Part shown: positions 38,822 to 50,716 of the stretch, in pieces
Position numbering within the stretch: the first letter of the stretch is position 1
Layout: each line of letters begins with the position of its first letter
Source: Pavona decussata
Taxonomy: Eukaryota
Direction of reading: 5' to 3'
Assembly: GCA_977016875.1 (NCBI GenBank)
Contig: CDRNST010000288.1
Span: 1,240,001 to 1,304,000 of the forward strand
Length of the DNA stretch: 64,000 nt
Made by a program: the position numbers and the translations under genes
The notes under the pieces: generated by a model
What the model saw: only the letters and a program-made list of their open reading frames with translations
Database searches by the model: none
Told to the model about the DNA's origin: nothing

Positions 38822-40765
38822 TTAATGCATGCTGATGTATTTTTCAAGTGTTTTGGGAACCACTCCTAGATAAGGAAGTCCAAACTTTTTTACAGCCCTG
38901 GCACTGATGCACTTTAACTCCAATTTTTTTCTTTCTGAAAGAATCCTGCGGACACCATCAGTTTTAGCCACGTCAATGGCGGTTTCACCCTTGTTGTTGA
39001 GGAAATCATAGTGAGCACCTCCATCTAACAAAACCTCCAATGTCTCGGTCAAAATGCTGGGATCTTTGCTGGGATCAATACTGGGATCAAAAGAAACAGC
39101 TACGTGAAGTGGAGTATTTCCAGCACTGTTGGTAGCATTGACATTGAAACCTGTATCTAAGAGAAGTTTCAGTGTTTTGGGTAACAGTGGTATATCACAG
39201 GAATGTTTACATCCACAACCACAAGCCATATGTAACAAAGTATTTCCTTCACAATCAAGGGGGTTCATATGGACAAGTTTCCGCAATACTGATAGATCTG
39301 AAGTTTTCTCTTCCTCACAAAGTTCAGCTTTTGAAAATAAATCCAAAAGTGTCAAAAAGTAAGATAGAAAGTCTTCTGGCTCCTCTGTTTCCTCCTGGGT
39401 CCATTCAAATACTTCATCAAAATCTCCAGCTTCACGTAGTCTGTCATACTTCTGAGTGAACTTCAACTTTGACGTTGATAGTTTCTCAAACTCAAGGATG
39501 GTTTCCTCAAGTACTTCAAGGACTACTTTTTCTGCTAGAGGAAAATCGTTTTCAGTCATGTTCCAAAACACCTCAATTAAGCTTTCCAGATTGTCACTGA
39601 TTGATTTGTTACAGTTCTGGTCTATCTTAATTGCATGTCTGTGCAGTGCTATGCAGGCATGGAAATTCCTGGTATCCTCATAGTAAGAAGCAAACTCTTC
39701 AATGGGCTTTAGAAGCAGTTTGCTTTCTGTTCCAAGGATTCTCTCTCTAATGATAAGGCCCTCTATGTAGATGGCTTCATCATCACCTTCTATCTGAGCT
39801 AGTTCCTCAACACTTTCACTCTCTTTTCTGTACTGATAAGCTTCCACAGGTTCCATGGTGTGTTTAAACAAAGGATTTAAATGGTCTTGAAACCGTTCTG
39901 TCATACCACGCATCATGTACTCAAATGCACGCATACAGCCTGAGGCATCAGGAAACTCTTTACAAGCAATAGAGGCACCAAGAAGCTCTAAGGCATCAAT
40001 TGATTGTTCCTTTGTGCATTCTGGTCTGTTGATTAACTCCTCTACCATAAAAGCCACACATTTATCGCTTGCTAACAGAAGAGGTGTTAAACCGTCCTTG
40101 TTGTACAACTGGGCTGCTCCAAAATCCAACAACTTGTGAATCATTGTATAAGAGCCACATCTTGTAGCATGGTGAAGAGCAGTGTTACCATCTTTATCTT
40201 GAAGATCCAAGTTAGCTCCATGCTCGATGAGGAAGGTGACTGGATTTATGTTCTTTCTTTGGACTGCTATCATCAGAGGGGTGTAGTTTTCTTTCGTAAC
40301 TGCGTCCACATTGGCTTCATGTTCAACTAAACAACTCATAACACCAACATAACCATGATCAACAGCAAGAAATAAAGGTGTAGCATGAAAGATTAGTTCA
40401 CGACTGTTGTCGTTGTTCACTACAATACAATAAGGACCACCTCGACCTTCCACGTCTGCCTTATAACTCAGAAGCACTCTCACACAGTCAATATTTCCCA
40501 TTCGAACGGCAACCGTCAGCGGAGTATCCTTGGGGCCGTCCACGCCTTCAAAGAAATGCAAAAAGCCTTGCTTATCCCAAGGGTAAACTGTTTCCAACAC
40601 CGAAGCTCTCTCGCGGGGATTCATCTGCTGAAGCAGTTCACTGAGTAAATCAGGATTTCCAAAAGCAGCAGCTTCAACGACTTGTTTTGATGGATCATCA
40701 GGATATTTCCTCCTGACATATAAGCTTAAATGCTGCAACAGGGAAGAAGCTTTGCTATTTGCCAT
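38822..40765 (-). CDS. FEM-1-like ankyrin repeat protein, putative Cul2-Elongin B/C substrate receptor (647 aa, intronless), copy 2
   Basis: N-terminal ankyrin repeats (TPL..A, GNTALH), FEM1-type ALELLGAS and IIRERILG helices, C-terminal ankyrin repeats, terminal LKCISARAV...VPKTLEKYISMH (BC box/Cul2 box as in FEM1 proteins). ATG 40765 is shared with copy 3. Confidence 0.9.
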   Translation of the reverse strand: MANSKASSLLQHLSLYVRRKYPDDPSKQVVEAAAFGNPDLLSELLQQMNPRERASVLETVYPWDKQGFLHFFEGVDGPKDTPLTVAVRMGNIDCVRVLLSYKADVEGRGGPYCIVVNNDNSRELIFHATPLFLAVDHGYVGVMSCLVEHEANVDAVTKENYTPLMIAVQRKNINPVTFLIEHGANLDLQDKDGNTALHHATRCGSYTMIHKLLDFGAAQLYNKDGLTPLLLASDKCVAFMVEELINRPECTKEQSIDALELLGASIACKEFPDASGCMRAFEYMMRGMTERFQDHLNPLFKHTMEPVEAYQYRKESESVEELAQIEGDDEAIYIEGLIIRERILGTESKLLLKPIEEFASYYEDTRNFHACIALHRHAIKIDQNCNKSISDNLESLIEVFWNMTENDFPLAEKVVLEVLEETILEFEKLSTSKLKFTQKYDRLREAGDFDEVFEWTQEETEEPEDFLSYFLTLLDLFSKAELCEEEKTSDLSVLRKLVHMNPLDCEGNTLLHMACGCGCKHSCDIPLLPKTLKLLLDTGFNVNATNSAGNTPLHVAVSFDPSIDPSKDPSILTETLEVLLDGGAHYDFLNNKGETAIDVAKTDGVRRILSERKKLELKCISARAVKKFGLPYLGVVPKTLEKYISMH

Positions 40766-41859
40766 TCCGAAGGTCTCGTGGAAGGCCGAATTACAATGAC
40801 AAGCCAGACAGTGACAGAAAGACTGGATCACGATTCCGTTTGTTAATACTGGATGACCAGTGTTTTGGCCCAAATCGATGACACTGTTTCCAAGTGGCCA
40901 TTTTGGAAAACGTTGCATCCGCGAAAGGGGCGCGCCAAGCATGAAGGGAGCTATGTCCCTTTTCCTCATGCCCAGCCTCTGGCGGTTAAGAGGACAGTCG
41001 TGTTTAGGGGAGGACTAAGACCCCTACGTGTGTAGGTCTTCGTGGCAGATATGTCTTCTCACCTTGTAACCAATAATGAACGTTCTTCTTTCCACCAATG
41101 AAACTGCGTTGTGATCGTGTCCTCTGTGATTATTTTGACAAGGGAGGGGATCAACTTGGTCGACTTTCGCCGGCGATAAGCATTAAGAAGTCGCCATTTT
41201 GAACTAAACACGAACTGAACTGAACCATCGCGAGATGACTCGTGAATTGCAGGTAAGCAGCCTTTGTATTATTTTCGTGCAGTGTTTTGCAGGACTTTTC
41301 TTTGTACTGTAAACTACATTCGATGCCAGTTGAAACCCGGATGGCTGACGCAAAGCTGTCGTCCTTTTGCTAGATGTGCTAGTTTTAATTTCGAGATCTG
41401 TGCAATGTTTCTGTGGAACTTAAACTGCGGAACACTTTATTACCTGATGCACGTTTTCCTGGTTTTAAAGGGATCATAAGTTCGACTTCAGCTCGAGAAC
41501 AATAAAAACTTGCTGATTGACCATGCCCCTGGGCAGGATGAAAGTCATCTCACCATGCATGATAAACTTTATCTGACCCAAAATTATTTCCATCTTGTCC
41601 TTGCTGGAAACCACGTACCCTGCTGGCAGAGCTTTTCTTAACTCCACAGGAAGAAAGAAAGGCTCTGCAGAAATTGTGTTTTATGGAGTATGCTCATATT
41701 TGCTTGGATGTACTGTAGTTTCAAATTCAGGGTGTCTGAAAAACTCAGACCTCAGACCCTGGAAAAGCTCAGACCCCCTTAAAGATCATTTTGGGGCTTA
41801 GCGTCCTGTCACAACATTGATGATCAACCAAATCACCGACACTGAGGTGAATAATTGCT

Positions 41860-42210
41860 TTAGTATATACCACACAAGCTGTTAACCAGTGGACCACAAA
41901 ATTATTTTATTTATGACAATATTTATTCAGATAATACTGACAAAATGGTATGAAATTTAAAAAATCTTGCACACCAGGCGGTAAGCAATTTCTCATGCAG
42001 TAGAAAGTTCTGTCTCGCTTCCTTGCAGACAATTAAAACTTTTGGAGACACTTGTTTAGTTCCTACAGTTGTTGCCATTTATGTATTTTTTTAACAGCCA
42101 CCTTTTTTATTGAGTAACCATGGCGAAACGGGTAGTACTTGGCTAATGACCTCCAAACTAGCCAATCAGTACATGCGAGAAGTACTATTCACTTGTGTGG
42201 TATATACTAA
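41860..42210. mobile_element. Non-autonomous inverted-repeat element
   Basis: Perfect 19-bp IR TTAGTATATACCACACAAG / CTTGTGTGGTATATACTAA. Confidence 0.7.
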
Positions 42211-42854
42211 TTTTATCTGTTTGGGGTGATCTACCGCACCGCTATCGTAAATTCAATTCAATGGTATTTAGGCATTTTAAAACTTTTCTTTAGTGCTGAG
42301 TTAGGTGACACACAGCCAGATTTTATTATTAACAGGACCTAGCACCACTGTGGCCTTGAAAATTATGCTATTAGTGTTTTTTGTTTCTAAACTAGTTGTT
42401 GTCACCAAAGGATTATTTTCAACTTGTGTTAAATATTTATGGCTTTCAAGCCTTTTACTGAAGTGTTTGTTTGCCTTGTTTGATGGCTAATTGTGCATTT
42501 TAGGAGTATCTGGTCACTGCAGCCTGATATTGTTATGGCAAAATGTTTGTAACCAGTATCTGTTTCTGAGACACCCTTCAAATTCAGGCCAAGTCCTATG
42601 GCTTCAAATTAGTGTTTACCCAACAACAGCAACAAGCTTCCCCTAAATGGAAAATTTCGGAATTCAGATATCAGTAACTGCTTCCATCTCGATACCACTG
42701 AGGCCTTCAATTTTCACTGTTGAGTAAAGGTACACGCAAGTCATTTGAATTGTTGTGTGAATCATTTTGAAAGGCATTTCCTCACCAGAACTATGCACTT
42801 CTTTCAAAACTTATGGAAAAGCTGTAATTTAGGAACACAAAGAATCAGTCAATT

Positions 42855-44534
42855 GAAGGGCTGGGAGCATAACGGACCTATGTCGAATTTCAGCCCGTTT
42901 TTCGATTTTGCTTGGATTTGTCCGAATTTTTGCATGTGAACTTCAATTCGATTGAAAAACATTGTCCAGTGTTTTTTTCCGCCGATTTGTGTTTCGTATT
43001 GGGAATAGTTACCATCTTCTAAAGAAAAATCGATAACATGATAGTCAATATGGATGACCAAAAGGACAATGCATTGAGTATTAATATTTGTATTAAATAT
43101 AAACTTGTGGTCTTTGAACCATGGGACACGAAAGCGGTCTTTCTCGCGGGAGAAACGAAAAGAATTCTGTTATGCTTTTATCTGATTCTGTTACAAACTA
43201 CTACATGCGTGACAGGAATGTAAGAAATGCACAACAGATACAATACGTCATCAAAATGTCAGCACATTTCTTGGCCACAGTTCTCACCACTAAAAAGTCA
43301 TTTTTATATGTTCGCTGGCAATGTATTAGCTTTAGCAGCACATAAATGCTTTGTTTATCGTTTGATCACCATGTTGAAATGCTTTCCTAAATGTGTTTCA
43401 CAGAGAAAATCTATTTTCGAACAGTTCTCACCCCATTACGTAAAAATAATTCAAAATTCTATTAATTTCTTTATTGTGACATGGGTGAGAACTGTTGCCA
43501 AAGTACTAAGATGCACTTTTGCTGTGATCAAAAGGGGTAGAATAGAAGGGCAACAAATCGGTTTTTCATTGAGAGAAAACTTATCTCGAAACAAGCCATT
43601 TCCTTCCCTGCAACACGATTTGAATGAGCAAGAACTGAGGGCGAGAACTGTTATGCATTGAAAGAAAACTAAGTTCTATGTCACGCACTGCGTGACTTAC
43701 GGCTTTACTGGCTTTCAAGAGAGCGGTCTTTGTATGAAGTGCAGTTATTTTCCCTAACGGTTAAGTGAAACGTTACAGCCACTAGTTGGTTCTATCGCCT
43801 CGAAGGGAAAACGCAGAATTGGAGCTAGCATTTTGGTGAAATCACGCTAAAGCTATTTGCGCCACACTTAACCTACGGCTACAAAGTAACTTTCTTGACT
43901 TCGTTAATGTACAAAGCAAAAATATGCACCATACGACTTGGCTGACCGCAAGTCATAACTTACTTTACAATGTTTCCGCTTCCCAAATAGGCACGGTCAC
44001 CTTACAACAAGAACGCGTGGTCCGAGTCCTCTTAACCGACGAGTACGACGTGGACAACATCTCTAACAACATTACCCTTCCAAGCGCGTTCACTGGTAAA
44101 CAAGCAAACCACCACTTTCCCCCCCCCCCCCCCAACTCAGTGTTGTTTTCTAGGTCACGAACGGTCTCCTGGCAAGCATCACCTTCCAAATCAACATTGC
44201 ATAAGGGGGAGGGGGGGAGGGAGAAGTAACTGTGGTAGAATTACGAAGAGAGAAACAGTAAGTGAGTGGTTTTTCCATCTGTTTTCAGTTGTCATTGCAT
44301 AGGGGGAGGGGGTGGGAGAGAGAAGTAAAGTTCTGTGGTAGAATTAACAAGAGAGAAATCGTAAGCAAGTGGTTTTTGTGCTGTTCGTGTTTGGTTTTCT
44401 CAAGGAGTTCTGTGCACGATTGTAAAACCGCGAAATGTTTTTTAAACCTGGGAGAGCAAAAATTCGGACAAATCCGAGCGAAATCGAAAACCGGGCTAAA
44501 ATTCGACATAAGTCGGTTATGCTCTCAGCCCTTC
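42855..44534. mobile_element. 1.68-kb non-autonomous DNA transposon, ~80-bp TIR, AATT target (Sola-like)
   Basis: AATT|GAAGGGCTGGGAGCATAAC...GGATTTGTCCGAATTTTTGC and its reverse complement ending AGCCCTTC|AATT. Confidence 0.85.
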
Positions 44535-44612
44535 AATTGTTTTTCAAAGGCAGAATGATTATTTGAAATAAATGTGATGGTATATTTCAAGCCTAGTGAA
44601 TGAATGAGAAAT

Positions 44613-44971
44613 TGATGTATTATTCTAGAAAGTGACACAGGCATGCTCAGAAAAAAGAAATCCAAGTGCTCCGATCAGGAGTCGAACCTAAGACCTTCCG
44701 ATTACTAGTTCAGATGCTCTACCACTGAGCTATAGGAGACTCGTGGGAGCTTAGGCCAATATACCACACGTTCAACATTCAAATCCTGCAGTATGAAGGA
44801 TATTTGCCCCATGAACCTAGTTTAATGGCCTTTGCTCCTATGAGTCTCCTGTAGCTCAGTGGTAGAGCATCTGAACTAGTATTCGGAAGGTCTTAGGCTC
44901 AACTCCTGATAGGAGCACTCAGATTTCTTTTTTCCGAGTGTGCCTGTGTCACTTTCTAGAATAATACATCA
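44613..44971. mobile_element. Fold-back element with two inverted tRNA(Thr-AGT)-like arms
   Basis: Arms ~44613-44760 and ~44825-44971 are reverse complements; each has TAGCTCAGTGGTAGAGC, a CTAGTA loop and GG(T/C)TC(G/A)ACTCC. Confidence 0.85.
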
Positions 44972-47900
44972 TAAGTCAGTTATCAAAGAATGATTTCTTT
45001 GCTTTTAACTCTGACTCTTAATTCCATGTTTAAGCTGTCAAGTATTCCTCAAAGTGTGTTTGCTTTAGCATTCTAAAAGTGGAGGTGTGTGATGAAGTCT
45101 TATTAAGCATAGATTCAAAACATTACTCCATCGAGGCTCTCAAGCTTATAAGAAATTGTTTTGCCTTGGTGCAGTGGGCTCATTTTTGGCTTTCAGTTTT
45201 TAATTTATTTTAAAAATGATATGTGCACTATCAAAACCGGTCTAATGACAGAAAACCAGAGTGACTAGGCCAAAAGTTTGGACTTAATAGAGACCTCAAA
45301 GGCTTGACATGATTTCTGCAGTCTGAAAACGTTTGTCACAGTTCATGCCAGTCCTTACACTGTTAAACACGGGTGAAATAATTCTGTGATGAGCTAATCT
45401 GAGAGCAAAACCATATAAACAACATCATGGAAATGACTGGACACCAAGCTGAACTTGTCCCAGAATGAGAAGTGATCCATGTAAACAGGCTGTTAGTCTA
45501 CTTGGCAGCCATTGTTCTGGAGATGTACTGTGTAGTGATCTCAATAACAACTTTTGTAGTACTAATAAAATTTAAGATTCTGTACTCTTAAGTAATAAAA
45601 ATCATAAAATTTGGGAACAATCTATTTAGACCAACCAAACTTCATTAGCCCTGTTGAAAGAACAAATATGTTCCCAAAGTTTACAATAAAATAATAATTG
45701 TTGCCTTCAGCAAAGAGATTTGTGTTGCATAAGTTTCTTGTGCAAGAAAGCAGCGCTTCCTAACAACAACCCATGCATTTCAAGGTGACTGGGTAAAATT
45801 GTAAGAACACTGACTGTGCTGTGATGGCAATTTTTGTCAATGATCCTGATCACAATGAAAAGCAATGGAGGTCACTCAATACACTTGTACTGTAAAAATT
45901 TGAATTTATTATAGCCCGCAAAATCTTCAGTAGAATGAGTGCTAGAGGCGCTTTATTTTTTAAGGCCAATTTAGACAGTACAGCTTTTGCTTATGACTGT
46001 TGCATGCAATTTCTTTTTTGTGCGCTGCTCACGTCATGAAAAAAATTGTACACAACTCTCGTCATTCAACATGCCCATTGCCTACAACTATGACTGTCAT
46101 ACATATAGGATTTTAAAATATGTTTCACAATCCTACAATATTTTATATGTCATGCACAACAAGTTGTAAGTTTGATTTACATGAAACATGAGTCAAGAAT
46201 TTTTAATGAGTCCAGAGATTTTTGTAGCCTCCCACGCAGTCGTGACTGCATGGGAGGCTAGAGATTTTTGAGGCTATCTGTAAAATCAAAGTCAACAAAA
46301 AGTTTGACTTATTCACTGAAGATTTTCTGTGAAAAAAACCGGATACTTTTTTTTCCAGATATAACATCATGAATTCTTTAAACAAGAAACTGAACTAGTC
46401 AGGAGACAGGGTATATGTAGCTAGGGTAATGTAAATTGTCTGACTGGTAAAAAAGAGCTTGACCAATATCAAATAACTTCAAACCCCAACCCTAGATCAA
46501 ATAATGATACTCCCTTGGGTTGGGCTAATAAACTTTACCTTTGCAGGGTGGCCCAGTCAGCAGCAAGGCTGGTATCAATAGGGGCCCTGTAAGTTTGTGG
46601 ATATTAATTGACCTAGTGATGGACTAAATACATGTATTTTTGGTAAACTTATTATCAGAAGATTGGCCAGAAGACAACCTTGGGTGGTCACCTTTTTTAG
46701 ATAGAATGCTGTGCAACTGTATAATATTGGGAAGAATGCCAATAACACAAACCAACACTGGAATTATTAACCCTTAATATCAAAGAACAAATTCTCCTAC
46801 CTTTTTCCCATACTTTTCCTATAAAAGCTACTTGGGAGACGTTATTAAAATATCAAGAAATTTCATTAAATGGGCTATCATATCCTTAATTCTCATGACC
46901 TCAGGGGTGGAATAAGCATTGATATTACTAGGGGAAATTTGATACTGATCACTGTTAATACAATACAAGTCAGAATAATAATATTATTCTTGTGTGTTTA
47001 TTATGTATACCAAATAGGTTTTTAGCTATGTTTTTTAAAAATGTTTTCATGCTATGATCTTCAGATTTAATAACTTAAATATTCCTTAAAAATTATTTTT
47101 CAGCTAGGTCACTCACTTTTCTAAAGTTCTTCACTTCCAAGTGTACTAAAGTTTCTATCTTTTATACATGCCATAAGAAATTGACCAGTTCTCTTTTTAT
47201 GGTCAGTCTCAACTTTTAGTGAACTGTGCATGTGCTGCATGAAACTGTCCTACTCTTGAACAGCAAAGACAAAAATCATGTTAAACAGCTTGGGATTTAT
47301 GCAACCTGAATTTCTCTGTATACTGAGCAAATAAAAGTTTTCACCTACATCTAGACCGAGAATGCTGTATTATTCGGTGAGTGAAACAGGCATACTCGGA
47401 AAAGGAAATCATGTAGACTGTTTTACAATAAAAAAAAAAAGGAAATAACTTTATAATCTACAAGAGGCAAAATAAAAGACTGCAGGGTTTGTTTTCCTTA
47501 GGCCATTTGGTGCACTTTGTCTGCTTTGTCAAGTCAAGAATTCAATCATTGTTGATGAAAAATAACCTGTCTATTCAGATAGGCCACTCTGAAATAATAA
47601 TAACCAATCTTTATCATCATCATCATCATCTTCTTATCATGGTAATAATTAAGTTTCTTGATATTTCTGATTTTATGTAGATTAAGGGCAGATGGATGAA
47701 ATTGGGATCAAGAATTAGCTGAACAGGTAAGTTCAAGCATGGAAGCTACTTAAGACAAAGTAGTCAGATCAAATAAACAGTAGTTGTAAGAGTGCGGCAG
47801 TAGTTCCTATCTAACGAAACTATTGTAAATGCATTATAGACAATTCACTACCTTACAGAGAGCAGTAAGTTAATTATGAAAAGTCAATCCATTTTAAAGG

Positions 47901-50716
47901 GGCTATATCATGGGGATTTTTATGTGTTTTGATCAAGAATTGTGCTGCAACTGAATCTAAGTACCTATTCCTGTTTATGAATTGCCCCCAAAAACACCAA
48001 TAAAAAGAAGATGTCAAGTTTTCAATTTTTAGCAATTTTTCAAAGACACAAGAGGACTTGAAAAAGTTGGCCGTTTTTTTCAAGTTACAACCCACTTCTA
48101 TCTTCGCCATCTGTAGCCAGACTTGTAATTACGTGTAATCACAGTGTACACTATAGTGTTGTAACTTTTAACAAAACTGCAACCTTCATTTTTGGGCTTG
48201 CATGTGTGAAAGTGCATCTAGGTACTTCAATGAAAGTGTTACTTAAAGTAACTGACATTGTCCTCCAACCATTTTCTTAGCAACATAGGTCATTCAATGC
48301 CTTGTGACATCACACCTGGGTATACATAACCTTGGCTAGAACGGCAACGCAACTGTACTAACAGAACTTGTCATTGTCAGATTCACGCTTGGTCAATACT
48401 TACCAGCCGTTACCCTTGCTGAAGGGAATGTTAGACAAAATAGACATTACCTCGCTCCGAAGACCGTTTTCCACTTTAGGGACTAATACACAAACTCTAG
48501 TTTTCACCATCCCTCCAATAACTGCCACGTGGGCTACAAACGTACTTTTCCTAACTCAATACTGGTTGAAAACTTATCTGTGTGCGTAGTGAGGATATTT
48601 TTTGATTAATTTATTTTGCTTTTCTGAAATAGATTGACAGAAACATAACTGGAGTTATAATTGGATGAAGCACCGCAGAAGATACATAAGAAGACTAAGA
48701 GGCAGATTATGAGGACATGATGAAAATAATGGAACTTTGTGCAAAAAAGTTTGTTGAATTAAAGAAACTCACATTGAACGGCCAGCATCAAGTTGAAGTC
48801 AATCTATTGTACCATTCTGAGAGAATCGCTGCTTGTAAACCATTTACACTTTTAAACTTTAAGCGATTGGTTAATTCTTTCAGTTGATCCTTTCGCCCGT
48901 ACCAAGAGAGCCATTTTTTTACGAGATTTTAAAACAAACAAACAAATAAACACATCAAAATTGAATGAAGTCTTTATAGCTTTGGAATAAATTTGCTTTA
49001 AACGTAAGAAGTCGCCATCTATATCCATACACTTATTTATAGCTTGTTTTGCAGCGCTTGGTGCACTGATAAATGTTGCAAATGTCATAGATAACAGAAT
49101 AAACAGAGAGTTGAAAGGTGTTGGAGATAGACAGTCATGTCATGTCTAGGAGGGGCTCAAGATTTTGAGCTATTGATGAGTCAGGGAACATGAAAAGATC
49201 ATCTCACTGGCACAAATTCTTGAGGGATCTCACCAGCCATCGACCATATGTTATTTGTCCCGTTGAATTAGCTGAACAGTAGATTTGCAAAAGGAAAAAT
49301 ATTGGCTTGCGGAAAGAACTATTTATGAAGGCTCTTAGTAGTTTTCCATTCTTGCTCGTAATGCTAACGAAAATCAGCGGCCGGTTTTGCTTTGATGAGG
49401 CCTCTTTAACCCGCTAAACGTTCGAGTAATGAGTTGTAAAATTCGATTGAGGTACGATTTTCCTTTCTATCTGTGAATATATTAACTTTCATGATGTTCC
49501 AGTTGGCTTCAATGCTGAACACACTTTTTCATTAATTGAAGAGAGGAAAGACTTCTATTGATCGTCATAAGCAACCCTATTGACCAACGCTGTTGGTAGA
49601 CACTGGCGCGCGGACAAAACTTTGTAAGGGGCGCTGAACGCAATTTAATGGAACTTGTTAGTCGTTTGTGAACAGAGTTGCCCAATTATATCTTGGCTAC
49701 CAGAATTCAGTGCCGTCTATAACACAGAGGATTTGTAGTACCAATTTCTCTGCGTTTTACTAGACAAGTTGTGGCTTGTACAATGTGCTAAGGGTTCCGC
49801 CTAGAAGCCACAGTATTCCGAGTGATCAGAGAGTGAAGGAGGGGGAGGAAAAGTTAACGTGTGGGGAAAAGTACGACTAGGGGAAAAAGGGGAGAGCGTG
49901 TACACCTTCACTCATTTATGGCGTAAACTACTGGGCCCTTTCATTTGTCATTCGAGTCCTTTTGCTTTTCGATATTGTTTTGATTCACGAAGTTGAGGTT
50001 TTTTGGATGATGTAAATAGCCCATCTTGTTTTTATTTTCCCGGGGCTTTCAGCGCCCAGGTATTACGACGGCTTTGATCCTAAGAAACTGGAACTCCCTG
50101 ATTGGTTAAGCTCAGTGTCATTCTTCACGCGTTGAGTGAGGCTATTTTACCAGTAAATACATGATTTTCGATCATTTGATTACAAGGTATGGCAAATCAT
50201 CATGAGAACTTAATTCGTGCTCCGATAGTAGACCATTTTTCCCGACAAAGTATAATCATTTACGACTGGGAAGCAGCAGCAAATACAAAACGTACAAACA
50301 AATAACAGGATGATATCTGTACTGATGAAGGGCCTATCGCACATTGTTAAGAAGTCAATCAGATAACAACAGATTGCTGTTCTGATGAGAACCGAATTAC
50401 CAAAAAGTACGTCATCGTAAAACAACTTTGCTCGAGGGTCAAAGAAATCGGCCGGTGCTGTAGAAGAGCCTTTCATTCCCACTCCCCTTTACCTCCCTCC
50501 AAAATAAAAAATAAAACTTGCGCTGGGTGGCAGTGATTTAACTGATTTGAAATCACTTGAAAAACTGGATTATAATGGATAAAAAAAATGAAATAATTGA
50601 CTGATAGTTCATCGTGCTGCCAATTGCTGAGCTCCTTTCTCAGTGCGGTTTCAAGTGTTCCGAATTACTCAGTCTGAATTGGACTCACTAGGTGCCACAA
50701 AGCAACGCACTTTCAA

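Larger units (their letters stand above)
33177..41000. repeat. Segmental duplication unit carrying FEM-1-like copy 2
   Basis: 33580-36110 collinear with 54550-59170; 36115-36750 with 59690-60545 and 28540-28830; boundary motif ...TCGTMGTGCATT... at 33177, 54154 and 63323. Confidence 0.85.

Noticed and set aside
40766-40969. 68-aa N-terminal extension of FEM-1-like copy 2
   Set aside because: The homologous upstream sequence in copies 1 and 3 has indels and is not open in frame; ATG 40765 is the start shared with copy 3.
41530-41581. C/D box snoRNA (AGGATGA...CTGA with TGGG/CCCA stem); also GTGATGA...CTGA at ~45386-45452
   Set aside because: The first is too short and is explained by a small inverted repeat; the second lacks a terminal stem and a recognisable rRNA guide.
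44670-44920. Functional tRNA-Thr genes (also the tRNA-like stretch at 6330-6400)
   Set aside because: Anticodon arm and acceptor stem are irregular and the sequences are embedded in repeat elements.
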